Part shown: positions 34,801 to 47,217 of the stretch, piece by piece
Layout of the letters: every line of letters starts with the position of its first letter
Position numbering within the stretch: the first letter of the stretch is position 1
Assembly: GCA_043228905.1 (NCBI GenBank)
Contig: JBHGNT010000002.1
Coordinates: 10,292,001 to 10,356,000 of the forward strand
DNA length: 64,000 nt
Direction: 5' to 3'
Origin: Azolla caroliniana
Lineage: Eukaryota > Plantae > Polypodiophyta
The notes under the pieces: generated by a model
What the model saw: only the letters and a program-made list of their open reading frames with translations
Database searches by the model: none
Told to the model about the DNA's origin: nothing
Made by a program: the position numbers and the translations under genes

Positions 34801-35491
34801 CCTCGATAATATATAGCAAAGTATCCACCCCACATGAGATCATTTAAGTTCAATTGACAAAGGCCTCCCCCCTTGACGATAGAAGCATTGTTCCATCAGT
34901 CCAAAACAATCACTAGCCCCACTAAACCCATACATACTGGTTATGATTTAGTGAGCATTGAGCTTTTACCTGAAAATACTTCTCTTTGGCAAAAAGATCA
35001 TATGTTGCTGATTATACTTTTAAGCGAAAAGGATATCTTAGCCATATGTCCATATTACTATGTTACTATCACAGCTCCACAAACAAGGTGTAGAATTTGC
35101 ATAAAATACGAGAGATTAGGTAAGGTTAAGATATTGACACCTGTGAGTGTTTCGAATTGCAGCACGCTCTGAGTGTGTGCTATTTGCCACATAGCAGCCA
35201 AGAAGAAATTCCCAGACTTCTACCCTTATTGATGGATCCACACCCTAGCAATAAGATTTGAATTTCATATAGAATAATGTGGGTTAATCCTTTGTTAGAG
35301 ATTTTATACTTACTTTAACAGCTTTTAAATTCTTTCACGAGTTGCCATAAAAAATGCACCCCAAATAATCATTGTATCATGAAGGCAATAGTGAGATACA
35401 TGAAAGGCTTACACTGTGCTACATTGTGTAATTACTATGGCTTAATGGATTCCTCCGGTCCTAAACTGAATCCTTCATGGGTAGCATCATC

Positions 35492-35822
35492 TAGGGATCG
35501 GCAATGGTTCGGTTTAGGCTTAGCCGGTTTGGCTTGATCCAAGCCAAACCGGCTAAGCCTAAGCCGTTTACAGGATCTCAAACCTGAGCCGAGCCGGTTC
35601 ACAAACCGGTTTGGGCTAAACCGGCTTGGTAAACGGCTTGTAAACCGGTTTCTAAACCTAGAAACCTCCCTCTCTCCCTCTCTCCCTACCTCCCTCTCTC
35701 TCAAATGATCCACTATATACTATATACTATATACTATACATTGTACAAGCTCTCCCTCCCACTCTCTCTCACGTCTGTGGTCTCGACTCTCTCTCCCTCT
35801 CCCTCTCTCTCCCCTCTATGTA

Positions 35823-35865
<43 letters not shown>

Positions 35866-38800
35866 GTCTATGGTCTCGACTCTCCCTCCCTCTCTCTCTC
35901 TCTCTCCCCTCTATGTAGTTCCTCTGTCTCTCTCTCTCTGTCACGTCTATGGTCTCGACTCTCCCTCCCTCTCTCTCTCTCTCTCTCTCTCCCTCTGCGA
36001 GTGATCATAAATGATCGCACTACTAATTGACGGCGTGTGGCCCATGTGACAGAAAACACACTTAGGATGACCTTATGGAATTGTAACGGCGCACTCTGGA
36101 CACACCCCGGCCGCCTAGAGGGGATATTAAAGGAATCAGATATAGTTTGCCTAGTAGAAACACACCAAAGCCCAAATAGGGGACTCCCACGAGTCGAAGG
36201 ATTTCGTTGGGAGTCGGCTTTTAGACAAACCTCACGTCGATGCACTACCAGGGGATCTGGAGGTGTCGCAATATTGTTTCGGAGGGAGCTACATAATAGG
36301 ATAGAAATACTGAGCACAGACCCAGAAGCTCGTTTTATGTGGGTGAAAGTCTCCACAAGCAAGGACAAGGCAGTAATTTTCGCCATTTGTTACTTCCCCC
36401 CAAAAGGCTCTCGTTATAATCTGGCTGGCGAGGCGAGATTAGTTGATGACAGAGTGCCACATGGGCCTTCCCCATATGAACCTCTATCGGATGACATAAT
36501 CCGATATTCTTCCCAAGGCGAAGTATTCCTTGTAGGAGACTTTAATGCGAGAACCCAATCCCGACAATGCACAATATTTCAAATGAATAGAAACCTAGAA
36601 ATGGTAAATGTCGATCCTTCAGACATAGACACCACACGTAGATCAAAGGATCAAGGTGCAGACGCCACGAGCTTTGGCCATCATTTGCTCGAACTCGGTA
36701 GTCGGCACCAGATGGTCATATATAATGGTTTAGCCAAGTGGCCAGGTTCGGAAGAGCTCACATGTTTCCCACATGGAGGAGGGGAAAGCACAGTCGATTA
36801 TCTAATAGGACGCCCTGAAGCCACCCACATGATTAACTCCTTCCGAGTGGCCCCATGTCCTATTGGCGCGGACCATAGTTTCTTATACTTCGAGATAAAA
36901 TGCGATATCTCTAACGTCACCAACTCTAGTCAACCACGCCATGACATCACAATACATTTCACACATGAGCTCTCTGACATATATGCTCGACATGTTCAAG
37001 CCCATCTCTCCTCCCTTGATCCCTCCCTGCCTTTAGAGAGCCTTAATACGAAACTCACACACATCCTTCATTCTGCAGCGGTTAGCAGCTTCCCATACAC
37101 GAAACACTCCAATCAAGGTAAAGTAGGATCTATGCCACAAAATAGATGGTATGATGAGGATTGTAGGTGCTTACATCGACAACTTACAATATCGCAACTC
37201 AGTGGTAGTATTACCTCAGTACAAGCTCGTAAAGAAATGCGCAAGATGACACGTCGTAAGAGACGAGCATGGGAGGCATCCCAATATTGGGAACTCTACC
37301 ACATGCTCATGAGTAACGATTGTGCCACTGCATGGAAGAGATTACGGGAACCAAGACCACAAACACCCATCGAAGATCTTGAAACTTGGCACACTTATAC
37401 AGAGAGACTTTACCACATCCCAAACCAACCACCCATTCCAATGCCTTCCACACCCCGACCTACTGTGGGGACACTCTTCACGACCTCTAGGGTCACGAAG
37501 GTCATAAAGAAATTACAACATAGGAAGTCCATGGACCACACAGGATTGCGAGCAGAACACATCATATACGCGAGAGAGTGCCTAGCTCCCTTCCTAACTC
37601 TAATCTTCAATCGTGCCCTTGCAGAGGGTTTTCCATCACAATGGACCATGAACACAGTGGCCCCCATACATAAGGGGGGGGACCCCATGGACCCAAATAC
37701 TTATAGGACCATTATGATAGGTCATACCCTTGCTAAATTATATGGTGCAGTAATGGAGGCAGAGCTTAGCGAGTATATGGAGACCTTAAATCTTCGTGCA
37801 CCTGAACAGGCCGGCTTTAGACGAGCCTTCTCCACTATTGACCATATCTTCACACTTAGATGCTTAATTGACCAGACTAAGGCTCGCAAGAAGAAACTAT
37901 ATTGTTGTTTTGTGGACTTCCGCAAAGCCTTTGACACGGTCCCTAGAGAGCAGTTGTTTGATAGGCTTAAGAGCTTGAGGATACCAGATGACATGGTTTG
38001 GGCCATCTACGCACTATATGAACAAGTGTCCGGGTGTGTTCGATGCCCAAGCGGCATATCCGATAGTTTCACTAGCACTATCGGTGTAAAACAAGGTTGC
38101 CCCTTATCTCCGACTCTTTTTGGGATCTACATTGATGAGATCACAGATTGTATTGCTCGTAAGGGAGGCAGTGGAGTAGTCCTTGGAGATACGCAGGTGC
38201 GTATCTTGCTCTATGCAGATGACATAGTTTTGCTCTCTGAATCCGAACACGACCTACAAAGGCACCTTAATGCCTTAGATGATTTTTGCACACAACGAGG
38301 ATTGGTAGTGAATCTAGGGAAAACTAAAGTCCTTATCTTCCACACGTCGGCCCAAGTTAGAGCTAAGTGTCACCTAACTATCTCCCATAGCCCAGTTGAG
38401 GTGGTTGGATCATATGTCTATCTCGAAGTCACTTTCAGTGCCCGCTCAGGTAAATTTTCGATGACACAAGCAGCGAAGGATAGACTTACAAGAGGACATG
38501 CATCCCTCTCACTCCTCGAGAGACAATGCCACCAAGCATACTTCCAAGAGCCACGAACTAAAGGGTGGCTCTTTGACTCATTAGTGACTCCCTCTCTCAT
38601 GTATGCATCAGCGGTTTGGGCCCCAGGACTACCATCTTTCATGTGGACGCAATTAGAGAGACCATTGGTGATGATGTTATCACGCCAACTCCGAAGCAAA
38701 TCGTCGGTCCCACATGACATTATTAGGGCTGAGTTCACTCTACCCCCTATGTTAGTAGAAGCACTTTTTCAACTGGTAGTCTTTATACACAGGATACATA

Positions 38801-39995
38801 ACCAACCACTTGATAGAATATCCCACCAAGCCTTTAAGGCTTCTCATGCATTGTATGAGTCCGGCTATACTAGCTCATGGTATGGCATGATGGTGAGTTG
38901 GCTTCTTGCCAACGGTCTAGACATTACTAACCTCCCCCCCCTTAAGTACGACCACACGAATGGTAACACTTTACTCTCTCATGAGGACCGTAATAAAGTA
39001 ATACGCCAAGAAATATGGCAAATTTATACCCGGTATAAATGGATCACCCCACTAGAGCCACTCCCATCTAAAATGTCGTACTATAAGGAACACTTTATGC
39101 ACTTCTCTGAGTTAGGTTTTATCACGCGCCCAAAATATCTAGATGTATTCTTACCACATGCACTAAGGGTTGCCATTGGTCAACTTAGAATATCATCTCA
39201 CCAACTTGAGATTGAGAATGGACGTACTAATGGAGTCCCTAGGGAGGAAAGGATATGTAGGTTATGCCACATAGAGATAGAGGATGAGTACCATTTTACA
39301 TGCAAATGCCCCACCTATGCCGAGATAAGGGCAAAATACCAAGACATACTTGGTTCCTCTCCCACCCTCCCTAAACTATTAGATACACTAGATATAAAGA
39401 AATTAGGTAGATACATCTTAGAATTGAAACACCACAGAGAGAACAAATTACAAAACGTTGATACTAATGTTGCTAATGTTTACCAACATATAACAAATGA
39501 AGTTTTTCAGGAACAGGGGGAGACAATGAATGTCGACACACCTGCACCACTCGGACTTCTCCTTGATGAAGCAGAAAATCAAAGAAGAACCAAACGCCCT
39601 CGGATGCCGGGTTTCAAAGCAACTCGACGAGATGTAGAAGCAATAAAGAAAATAAGGGAACGTGAACTACACCGCCTAGAAGCCATGGCTAGGGCACTCT
39701 ATGCATCGGGACCATGGGTCACACCCACACCAAAAACTTTTGACCTCCCACTTCTTTTTGAGAGACTTGGGTGGAAATGAGATTAGGCTTGGTGCAAAGT
39801 TTTGTACACTACTAGAACTTTCTTAGCTTAAGCTATTTTCTTTTATTTTTAGTTTTGATGATTGGATAAACACTCATTTTTTGTTGTAACCTATTTGTCT
39901 CATGGGCCAAATTTGGCCTTAGAAGACGTTAATATATCTTTCTTTCTTTTCTCCTCTATGTAGTTCCTCTCTCTCTCTCTCTCTCCTCTATGCAG

Positions 39996-40029
<34 letters not shown>

Positions 40030-40260
40030 CTCTGTGTAGTCTCTCTATCTCTCTCTCTCTCCCCTCTGTGTAGTCTCTCTCTCTTTCTCTCTCCCCTCTA
40101 TGTAGTTCCTCTCTCTCTCTCTCCCCTCTGTGTAGTCTCTCTCTCCTTATATGTTGTCTCCTTCCCTCTCTCTCTCTCCTCGTTTGTGTAGTCTCTCTCT
40201 CTCTCTCTCTCTCCTTATATGTTGTCTCCCTCCCTCTGTCTCTCTCTCCTCGTCTATGTA

Positions 40261-40324
<64 letters not shown>

Positions 40325-40505
40325 CCTTGTCTGTTGTCTCTCTCCCCCTCTCTAAAGTTTATAAACGGCTTAAACGGTTTATCTGGCTTAGTCGGCTTGA
40401 GCCGGTTTGGCGAGGCTCAAGCCGAGACGAGACGAGCCACTAAGCCGTTTTCAAGCCGGCTAAGCCAAACGGTTTAGGCTTGAGCCGAGCCGTTGCCGAT
40501 CCCTA
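35492..40505. mobile_element. Non-autonomous hAT-type element with a CT-rich core, containing a LINE
   Basis: TIR TAGGGATCGGCAA / TTGCCGATCCCTA; perfect 8-bp TSD GCATCATC (35484-35491 and 40506-40513); subterminal AAACCGG/AAGCC repeats; (CT)n-rich arrays at 35670-35996 and 39940-40350. Confidence 0.92.
36037..39780 (+). CDS. Intact RTE/RTEX-type LINE ORF2 (APE endonuclease, reverse transcriptase, Cys-rich C-terminus); first ATG at 36067
   Basis: 1247-codon open frame: LWNCNG, CLVETH, LVGDFNA, TVDY, ADH; QAGFR, FVDFRKAFD, GVKQGCPLSPTLF, LLYADD; LRISSHQLEIENGR..RICRLC..EDEYHFTCKCPTY. Confidence 0.95.
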   Translation: MAHVTENTLRMTLWNCNGALWTHPGRLEGILKESDIVCLVETHQSPNRGLPRVEGFRWESAFRQTSRRCTTRGSGGVAILFRRELHNRIEILSTDPEARFMWVKVSTSKDKAVIFAICYFPPKGSRYNLAGEARLVDDRVPHGPSPYEPLSDDIIRYSSQGEVFLVGDFNARTQSRQCTIFQMNRNLEMVNVDPSDIDTTRRSKDQGADATSFGHHLLELGSRHQMVIYNGLAKWPGSEELTCFPHGGGESTVDYLIGRPEATHMINSFRVAPCPIGADHSFLYFEIKCDISNVTNSSQPRHDITIHFTHELSDIYARHVQAHLSSLDPSLPLESLNTKLTHILHSAAVSSFPYTKHSNQGKVGSMPQNRWYDEDCRCLHRQLTISQLSGSITSVQARKEMRKMTRRKRRAWEASQYWELYHMLMSNDCATAWKRLREPRPQTPIEDLETWHTYTERLYHIPNQPPIPMPSTPRPTVGTLFTTSRVTKVIKKLQHRKSMDHTGLRAEHIIYARECLAPFLTLIFNRALAEGFPSQWTMNTVAPIHKGGDPMDPNTYRTIMIGHTLAKLYGAVMEAELSEYMETLNLRAPEQAGFRRAFSTIDHIFTLRCLIDQTKARKKKLYCCFVDFRKAFDTVPREQLFDRLKSLRIPDDMVWAIYALYEQVSGCVRCPSGISDSFTSTIGVKQGCPLSPTLFGIYIDEITDCIARKGGSGVVLGDTQVRILLYADDIVLLSESEHDLQRHLNALDDFCTQRGLVVNLGKTKVLIFHTSAQVRAKCHLTISHSPVEVVGSYVYLEVTFSARSGKFSMTQAAKDRLTRGHASLSLLERQCHQAYFQEPRTKGWLFDSLVTPSLMYASAVWAPGLPSFMWTQLERPLVMMLSRQLRSKSSVPHDIIRAEFTLPPMLVEALFQLVVFIHRIHNQPLDRISHQAFKASHALYESGYTSSWYGMMVSWLLANGLDITNLPPLKYDHTNGNTLLSHEDRNKVIRQEIWQIYTRYKWITPLEPLPSKMSYYKEHFMHFSELGFITRPKYLDVFLPHALRVAIGQLRISSHQLEIENGRTNGVPREERICRLCHIEIEDEYHFTCKCPTYAEIRAKYQDILGSSPTLPKLLDTLDIKKLGRYILELKHHRENKLQNVDTNVANVYQHITNEVFQEQGETMNVDTPAPLGLLLDEAENQRRTKRPRMPGFKATRRDVEAIKKIRERELHRLEAMARALYASGPWVTPTPKTFDLPLLFERLGWK

Positions 40506-41405
40506 GCATCATCACCAAAATATAGTTTTTAAAGAATAGGCTTCCCATGTAAAGTGTGTCAAAAGAGCATAAATATGACAAAATATTGTTGGATTTCCAT
40601 TTGAACCAAGAAAATATTGTTTCTAGGAACAGGATCAACAACTCATTTTAGTTAAAAACCTTTAGGTGCCAAATTTTGGATCCTAATGAGTTTACTACAT
40701 CCCAAACCCAATAAACCCTAAATCCCTCCTCTCCCGTGGACAATAAAGAATCTATTCTATTCTATTGTCTCTAGTTCTAGAATTTAAGTTATTGGCCACT
40801 CAAGAAAGATAGGAGACCATCATCATCGTTGTGATCATCATCTTCTTCATGATCATGATCATCTCTCTCTCTTTCTCTCTAAGAAACCCAAGAAACCCCA
40901 AAACCCCCCATAGTAATATTATCGATTGCTCACCAAAATTGACATGACCCGAATTGGATGTCCTATTCATTCCATGTTTATTCTAGTCACCACACTATGT
41001 GGAGACACCGCAAATATTGGTTTTCACGAATGATATATGTATATGTATGTATGTATGTTAATGTATGGATATATGTATTTGTTTGTGAAAGTGGATGGTG
41101 AGTCGAAATATTGTATGAGTAATTTATTGGCTTAACGATTGTTCTTTTGACTTATAACGTTTCGTTATGGTGGGTGGGTGGGTTGGGAATATCAGAGCAG
41201 GTTTGCTTAGTACCACAGTGCACTTTATTTTCTTTAATAGTGGTGAACTTAGGAGGCATTGATGGATCTTCTTCTTCTTCATCTTCTTCCTCCTCCTACA
41301 GCAGCTTCGTTTGTTCTTTCTTTCTATTTAAACCTTACCCTTTCTTCTTTCTCTTCACTCTTCATTCTTCTTCCTCTACACTACTCCTCATTCAGTCTGC
41401 AAAAA

Positions 41406-42068
41406 ATGCTTCTGGACCCTGATGTCTACTACAGGTATATATTAATTAATGAATTTCTTTCCTTCTGTCCATCCATCTTCCTCTTCTCTTTCATTTCCAT
41501 GAATATTACAGCTCTCTCTTTATGGTGAGCTTACTTAGAAGACCCAATTCTCAAACTCTATACCTCTCTAACTTATTTCATTTATTGTATCCATTTATAG
41601 CGATTTTATTTTTTGTAGTTCTATTCTATTTATTTTTTTATTGCTATTGTGTTTAAGATTTTAATTGATTGTGGTGTTGAATTTCCCCTTGGGTATGGTA
41701 GTTGTGGGTCATGTGGATACCCACTTCACCTTTGTTCATCCCAAAGGATGGCCTCAAGCTCCGACGATCGAAGATCCTCAAGGAAAGGAGACCTCAATTT
41801 CTTCAATATCGAAGGTTCTCGGATCCGACAATTTCACGAGTTCAAATGTGCACCGTACATCCATACGGACGGATCCATGGGTTTCCACAAATATAAGACA
41901 AAGCTCTTATGTGGAAAGTGTGGGAACGTCATTGGTTATGGCCTTCCTGATTCCAACAACTCGGGTTCAGACTTTGGTAGTAGCTCTAGTCCTAACTCTG
42001 GTGGTGGTTCCGAGCACATGAGATATTGCTTGAAACTAAAGGCTTTGCAGCCATGTGTGGGAAATTGA
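41406..42068 (+). CDS. At4g08330-like plant zinc-binding protein (Yippee/Mis18-like paired CxxC), 131 aa, 2 exons
   Basis: Exon 1 41406-41434 (MLLDPDVYY ag|GTATAT), exon 2 41702-42068 after TAG. Motifs DVYYSCGSCGYPLHL and KTKLLCGKCGNVIGY; ends YCLKLKALQP. Confidence 0.85.
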
Positions 42069-45000
42069 GTTCGCCCAAGCATCGTGATTTTATAAATCGA
42101 CTGTGACCTAATTACAAACACATTACGATGTAGTCATTCATGTGGCCCAAATGAGAGTAATCACTCTTGGGCATTGTTTATAGGTTTTCTAGCATTTGTC
42201 ACATACTTACACCCAATGGAATCACACCAAACATCACACTATGTCGTCATTCATGTGCATATGTATAACATGTATAGGTTTTTCCATCAGTTGTTGCCTA
42301 TGTATGTCAAATGAGATGCCACACTACGAATTAGTTAGTTGATATGTATGTTTGCGTTTCACAAACTTGTGTGTTTGTAGATATATGCATACATAATACA
42401 TGTATATATAGGTATTTGTATAATGATATCTTGGAGTTAAAGTCATTGATACTTCTCCTTGGCATGTTCTTGACAATTTTAATGTGATCTAAAGAGTGTG
42501 CAAGACCTCTTAGAGGAATAATACAACATTAAGTATGCACTTGCAAAAATTATCTCACCGGCACACTTGTTCCAATATAGAGATTCTAGAATTTTGTGTG
42601 CACATAGTGATTGCTATACTTACACATCACCTAGTCACATCCTTTACATATTGCCCTTATTGTTTATGGATAAACTAGTACTATCCTAGACATTTTGCCC
42701 CCATGTCTATATCACGTGTATATGTAGTATAGTTTACACTATATAATAAAACAACTAGAAAGTTGCCCTTATATTGATAATTAGTGAGTGGTAAATGTCC
42801 TTTGCTTTTTTGGGGGGGTGGGTTGGGGGCAGGGGGGATGTAACAAAGTTAAAAGTTTATATAACCCAAAAAAGTGGTACTAATTACATGATTTATCAAC
42901 CAACCAAACTACATACCCTTCAATTCCTACACAAGAAGTTGCATTGACCACAAATAACGGCAATGAGGACACAAATATTGATTGAACTTTTCAAAGTTAT
43001 TTAGATGAAAAGCAACACCATCATAATCAATACATCGCTTCACAATCAACTGTGTGTATTTTGGACCTCTTCACATGTCTTCTTCTCCTCATATTTGGAG
43101 GAGATTGAGAGTCAAGACTTGGCAACCATACTATTCTTCATCATTCACCAATACTATAATAAATTCATGTTGCCCACAACTTTAATCCGTGAACCATTTA
43201 CTATTATTGGTGGCCTTATCATACTTAAACATTAAGTATATAATGCAAGAGTGTGAGTTTGCCATCACCATGGAGTGCCCATAGGTAGTGGCAGAGCCAT
43301 GGACAAACCCAAACCTATCCCAACAAATGTTATGTTGTCTACAACTCTCTATGAATTTATTAATGAGTTTATCCAACTTTAGCTCTCAGGAATGTGTGTT
43401 GCGACAACGTCCAAGGTGGGTATGGCTACTATCACGGCAAGGATAGTTTGAGTCGTGGTTGTCTCAAATGCCATACCATCTATGAATGTATTATGGTCAT
43501 GAACAATGAGGGTTTCTTCTACTTCATCCTCCAAGCCAAACTCAAGAAGTAGCTTAAATGTAAGTCTCAGTTAAGATTTCAAAGAATGTTTAAGTTTTGG
43601 CAATGGTTGCCATATGTAGCTCAATGTATCTTGCCTCAATCTCTAGTCGAATCTTGTTGATGTTGTTGACAAGGTTCAAAAAATAGTAGGCCACTTTTAT
43701 ATCCACTTTTTGTTTCTCATGCTTGGTCAATCATTGTTGTATGGATGATAGTCCCATGTGCAAGATGTAGATTAGGTCCATGTTTATCTTCTTCTTGGTC
43801 TTTTGTGGGGTCAGTACCCTCCCTTCCCTTCTCATCACTCTTAATGCCATCTTGTGTTCTCAAGCTTGATTTGTCAACTATGTTTGGAGAAATACTCTCA
43901 CCTTAATTTGTCCCCATTCACCATATCCTCATCTTGCTTGTTATGTGCATAACCATATAATGAGATAAATTTTCGCTAATCTTATGTTGACAACGTGCGT
44001 GTTAAATTTCAAAGGAATGAGGGTGTGAATTTAATTACATTTCAATGGTGTGAGATAAATATTAAGTGTGTTATCATTTGTGTGAAGACACTAGGGCCTT
44101 GGGTTTTTGCCTATTTAAGAAGGCTAGTCATCTTCTTATTAGCGATGGTTGACTTATGTTGAGACAAAGTCCATGTGGGATGTGCAATGACAAAATTTCT
44201 TAACTATTTTGCTATTAGAAGTTGGAACACTAACTTTATAACTATTTCAAATTTGGTTTTTGAATAGTTTAATTATGATAACCAAATCCCTTTGTGGAGC
44301 ACGATGTGGATGAAAATGCAAAACTTTCATTGTTGGAGTCAACCGAATTCGTTATTTCATCAAATGCCTTTGTTTAGGCATAGTCTCATCAATAACCATA
44401 TTTGATGAGTATTTGAAAACCTAAAAGTTTGATGATCATTTTGAATTCCATGTTGTCAACATGGCAAACCTTCTTTCATCATAATGTTTGATGATAATCT
44501 CAAATTCCATGTTGCCAACATGGTGTTTCATTGTGAAGCCATGTTAAGGAAAAATCAAAGTAAAAAAAATGAACAAGCAATTTGCACATTGTTGGGTCAT
44601 TAGGGAATCTAATTTTGAGCTATATCCCAAGTTTCATCATATTCAAAGTGTCTATGTCATTTTCACTCATGATATTTGTGGGAAGGCTTCCTCATAACAT
44701 GAGACTGTTAGTAGTTTGAAGACAATACCCAACTTTGTCCATATTTTAAACATCGGTTCCTAGAACCATGTTCTCAAATGAAAGCAAGGTAAAATCTAAT
44801 GATTCGCCCTAGTAAGTCATTCACTCCTTTCACAATTGTGTTCATCATACATCAATACAAGTTAAGAAATCCAAAATTGAGGAAGAAACATGATTTCTTG
44901 CCTATTTCCTTAATGATTTAGACTATTATTAGATAGTGTATGATAAACATCCTAGATTTTCAAATATGTTAGAGATTGTGTTTTGTTTTATATCCCAAAA

Positions 45001-45326
45001 ACAATAATAATCAACCCAAATAATTAAACTGAAACCTAGGTTCATTCACCAAGAAACAGAAAAAACCCAATGATGAATGTGGTGACAAAACTAATTGCAT
45101 TTTGCTTTAATGTACATATATTAAGAAAAAATGGGCACCCAAAAGACAATTACCATTTCTTTGAGCAAAAAAGAAGAGCTTACATATATACTTGAAGAGA
45201 GAAAGGGGAAAACGTCCAATCACAAAAATAAGCTCATTTATAATGATGAGGTAAAGCTCTATTACTGAGGCAAAGCTCTCATTATAAGAACATGTATTCA
45301 TCGTAATTGCCAAAGTATAATATAAA

Positions 45327-45565
45327 GGGAAAAGTACCAGGATACCCTTAGAAGTTCGTCTATTTACTAGAATGCCCCTGGAAGTTCCAAATTTACCAAA
45401 CTACCCTTATGTCCAAAAAATTACACTTTATAAAGTAATTATACACTCAAATCTTTGGTAAATAAGGCTAGTTCGGGTCCATTTCTTCCATCTTTGGTAA
45501 ATAGGGCAAATCAAGGGCATTATGGTAAATAGACAAACTTCCAAGGGTATCCTGGTACTTTTCCC
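45327..45565. mobile_element. Mutator-like MITE (239 bp)
   Basis: Long TIRs GGGAAAAGTACCAGGATACCCTT...; perfect 9-bp TSD TAATATAAA (45318-45326 and 45566-45574). Confidence 0.92.
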
Positions 45566-46396
45566 TAATATAAATTAAACTCAGTGGTATGTGATGCCAA
45601 TGGATTTTTATGCTCATCCCTTTAATCTAAATTGGGTGGTGGTTGGTGTGGTTAAGTACCTTATAACTTTATCTATCTTTTTTTTTTACAAAAACATTAG
45701 TCTTCATTAGTAGAACTTCCGCATACATGACATTCTTCCATTGGACAATCAACACATACTAGTGCCTTCGAATTAGCTGAAAATTTCTTTGCATTGTGGA
45801 ATGAGTGGATATTCTGAGAATGTTCCTTAAGTTTACTTTTAGAATGTTCTTGACAACATTAGGCTCAATTTGTCTAACATTTGACAATGAATGATACACA
45901 TTGAGCTATCACCTACAACATGCTTGGCAAATTTTTGTACTTCAACACCTGCATTTGTAGACACCAAAATTTCCATGATGCCCATACAGTTGTTTTCTTG
46001 AACATGTGTGTAAACAACAAGCTATTATTTTGTTGAAGAGAGAAAACTTTATTTATCTTAAGTATGTTATTTCTTTTGTATCATTAGTATTGATCAATTG
46101 CATGTGGTTGTTCAAAGAACATTATATCCTTAACCGGATCTCCATGTCTATGAATTCATGTTCATGCTTGTCCTTCACTTTTGCTTGTAATTTGAAGATT
46201 AATTTTGTCTCCTTGAACTAGGTATAGTTTCTTTGTCTCCCAATGCACAAAGTGACATTCCATTGTGTAGATAACCAAAATATATGTATTACACCCTCTT
46301 TCTACGAAACTAGAAAATTAAAATAAAATAAATCGAACTCTTCTCATTGCTACATCTATATCTCTTGCAATTGAGTGTGTAGAGCATGCCGTTTAT

Positions 46397-46472
46397 TGCT
46401 ACATCTATATCTCTCGTTTAATTCTCATAGAGCCACCTCTATGAGAATTAAACAAGAGATATAGATGTGGCA
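46397..46472. repeat. Near-perfect 76-bp hairpin (36-bp arms, 4-nt loop)
   Basis: TGCTACATCTATATCTCTCGTTTAATTCTCATAGAG-CCAC-CTCTATGAGAATTAAACAAGAGATATAGATGTGGCA. Confidence 0.85.
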
Positions 46473-46474
46473 CA

Positions 46475-47110
46475 TTGTGGCCGTGAGAGAAATTTGTGCA
46501 AAGGTTGAGCTTGGTCGAAGGTTTGTGGAAAGCATGGTCGAATATGATAAAAGGCAGAGCATTGTATCAAAGTGTGATACTTAGACTGTTACGGGCATGA
46601 CCATATAATATCCCGTGGTGAGAGTTTATCGTAGTATTCTATACATGTGGATAAAGTGTGAGGGTAAAACGAGAGTGTAAAGATACTACGATAAATTCTC
46701 ACCACAGGATATTATATGGTCATGCCCGTAACATAGACTTTCGGACTTGTTTAGGGCAAAGTGTGCATAGTTGACCACTCTCATCACTTGTGCCCCAATG
46801 CTCCACCTCACAGCACAATGCATGTGAGTTAAATCTCATGGAAGCAATGGTTCGAATGATAGATAACGGGATGGGCTCTAACATGTATCGATGTGTGCAG
46901 TTTCCCCATTCTGCGAAGAATATGGTTTTGTAGTTAGGTGCAACATGTGTGCTATAATGTGAGAACCGTGAGCCTCCACATTTCTCCCATGTCATGATAC
47001 ATTGGTGTTGCAAAAAGGCCACATTTATAGAGGAATCTAGTGAAACATCATGAATCAAGTGTGTTGCATCCCATCTACCAAACCATTTTTCCATATATTG
47101 CATCCAACCG
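46475..47110 (-). mobile_element. RTE-type LINE 3' fragment (same family as 20067-21060)
   Basis: ORF 46720-47166 (WFGRWDAT...HVAPNYKTIFFAEWG...CTLCPKQVR) matches 20561-21028. Confidence 0.85.
46587..46733. mobile_element. 147-bp fold-back mini-element with TG..CA ends
   Basis: ~55-bp TIRs TGTTACGGGCATGACCATATAATATCC...; perfect 5-bp TSD TAGAC (46582-46586 and 46734-46738). Confidence 0.9.
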
Positions 47111-47134
47111 GAAAATTGGGTTTCGAACCCAAGA

Positions 47135-47180
47135 TGTAGTGGTAGTAGTGTAAAACAACTTACCATTATGGTAAGCTAAT

Positions 47181-47217
<37 letters not shown>

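Noticed and set aside
35705-36004. Ser/Leu-rich ORFs here and at 40219-40443 and 57006-57320
   Set aside because: They are translations of (CT)n microsatellites.
41649-41701. N-terminus of the 139-aa ORF (MFKILIDC...) as the gene start
   Set aside because: It lies in the intron; the start at 41406 with splicing restores the conserved DV.YSCGSCGY motif.
42200-45300. Possible genes in this AT-rich interval
   Set aside because: Only short ORFs without recognisable motifs; at most heavily decayed TE sequence that I cannot assign.
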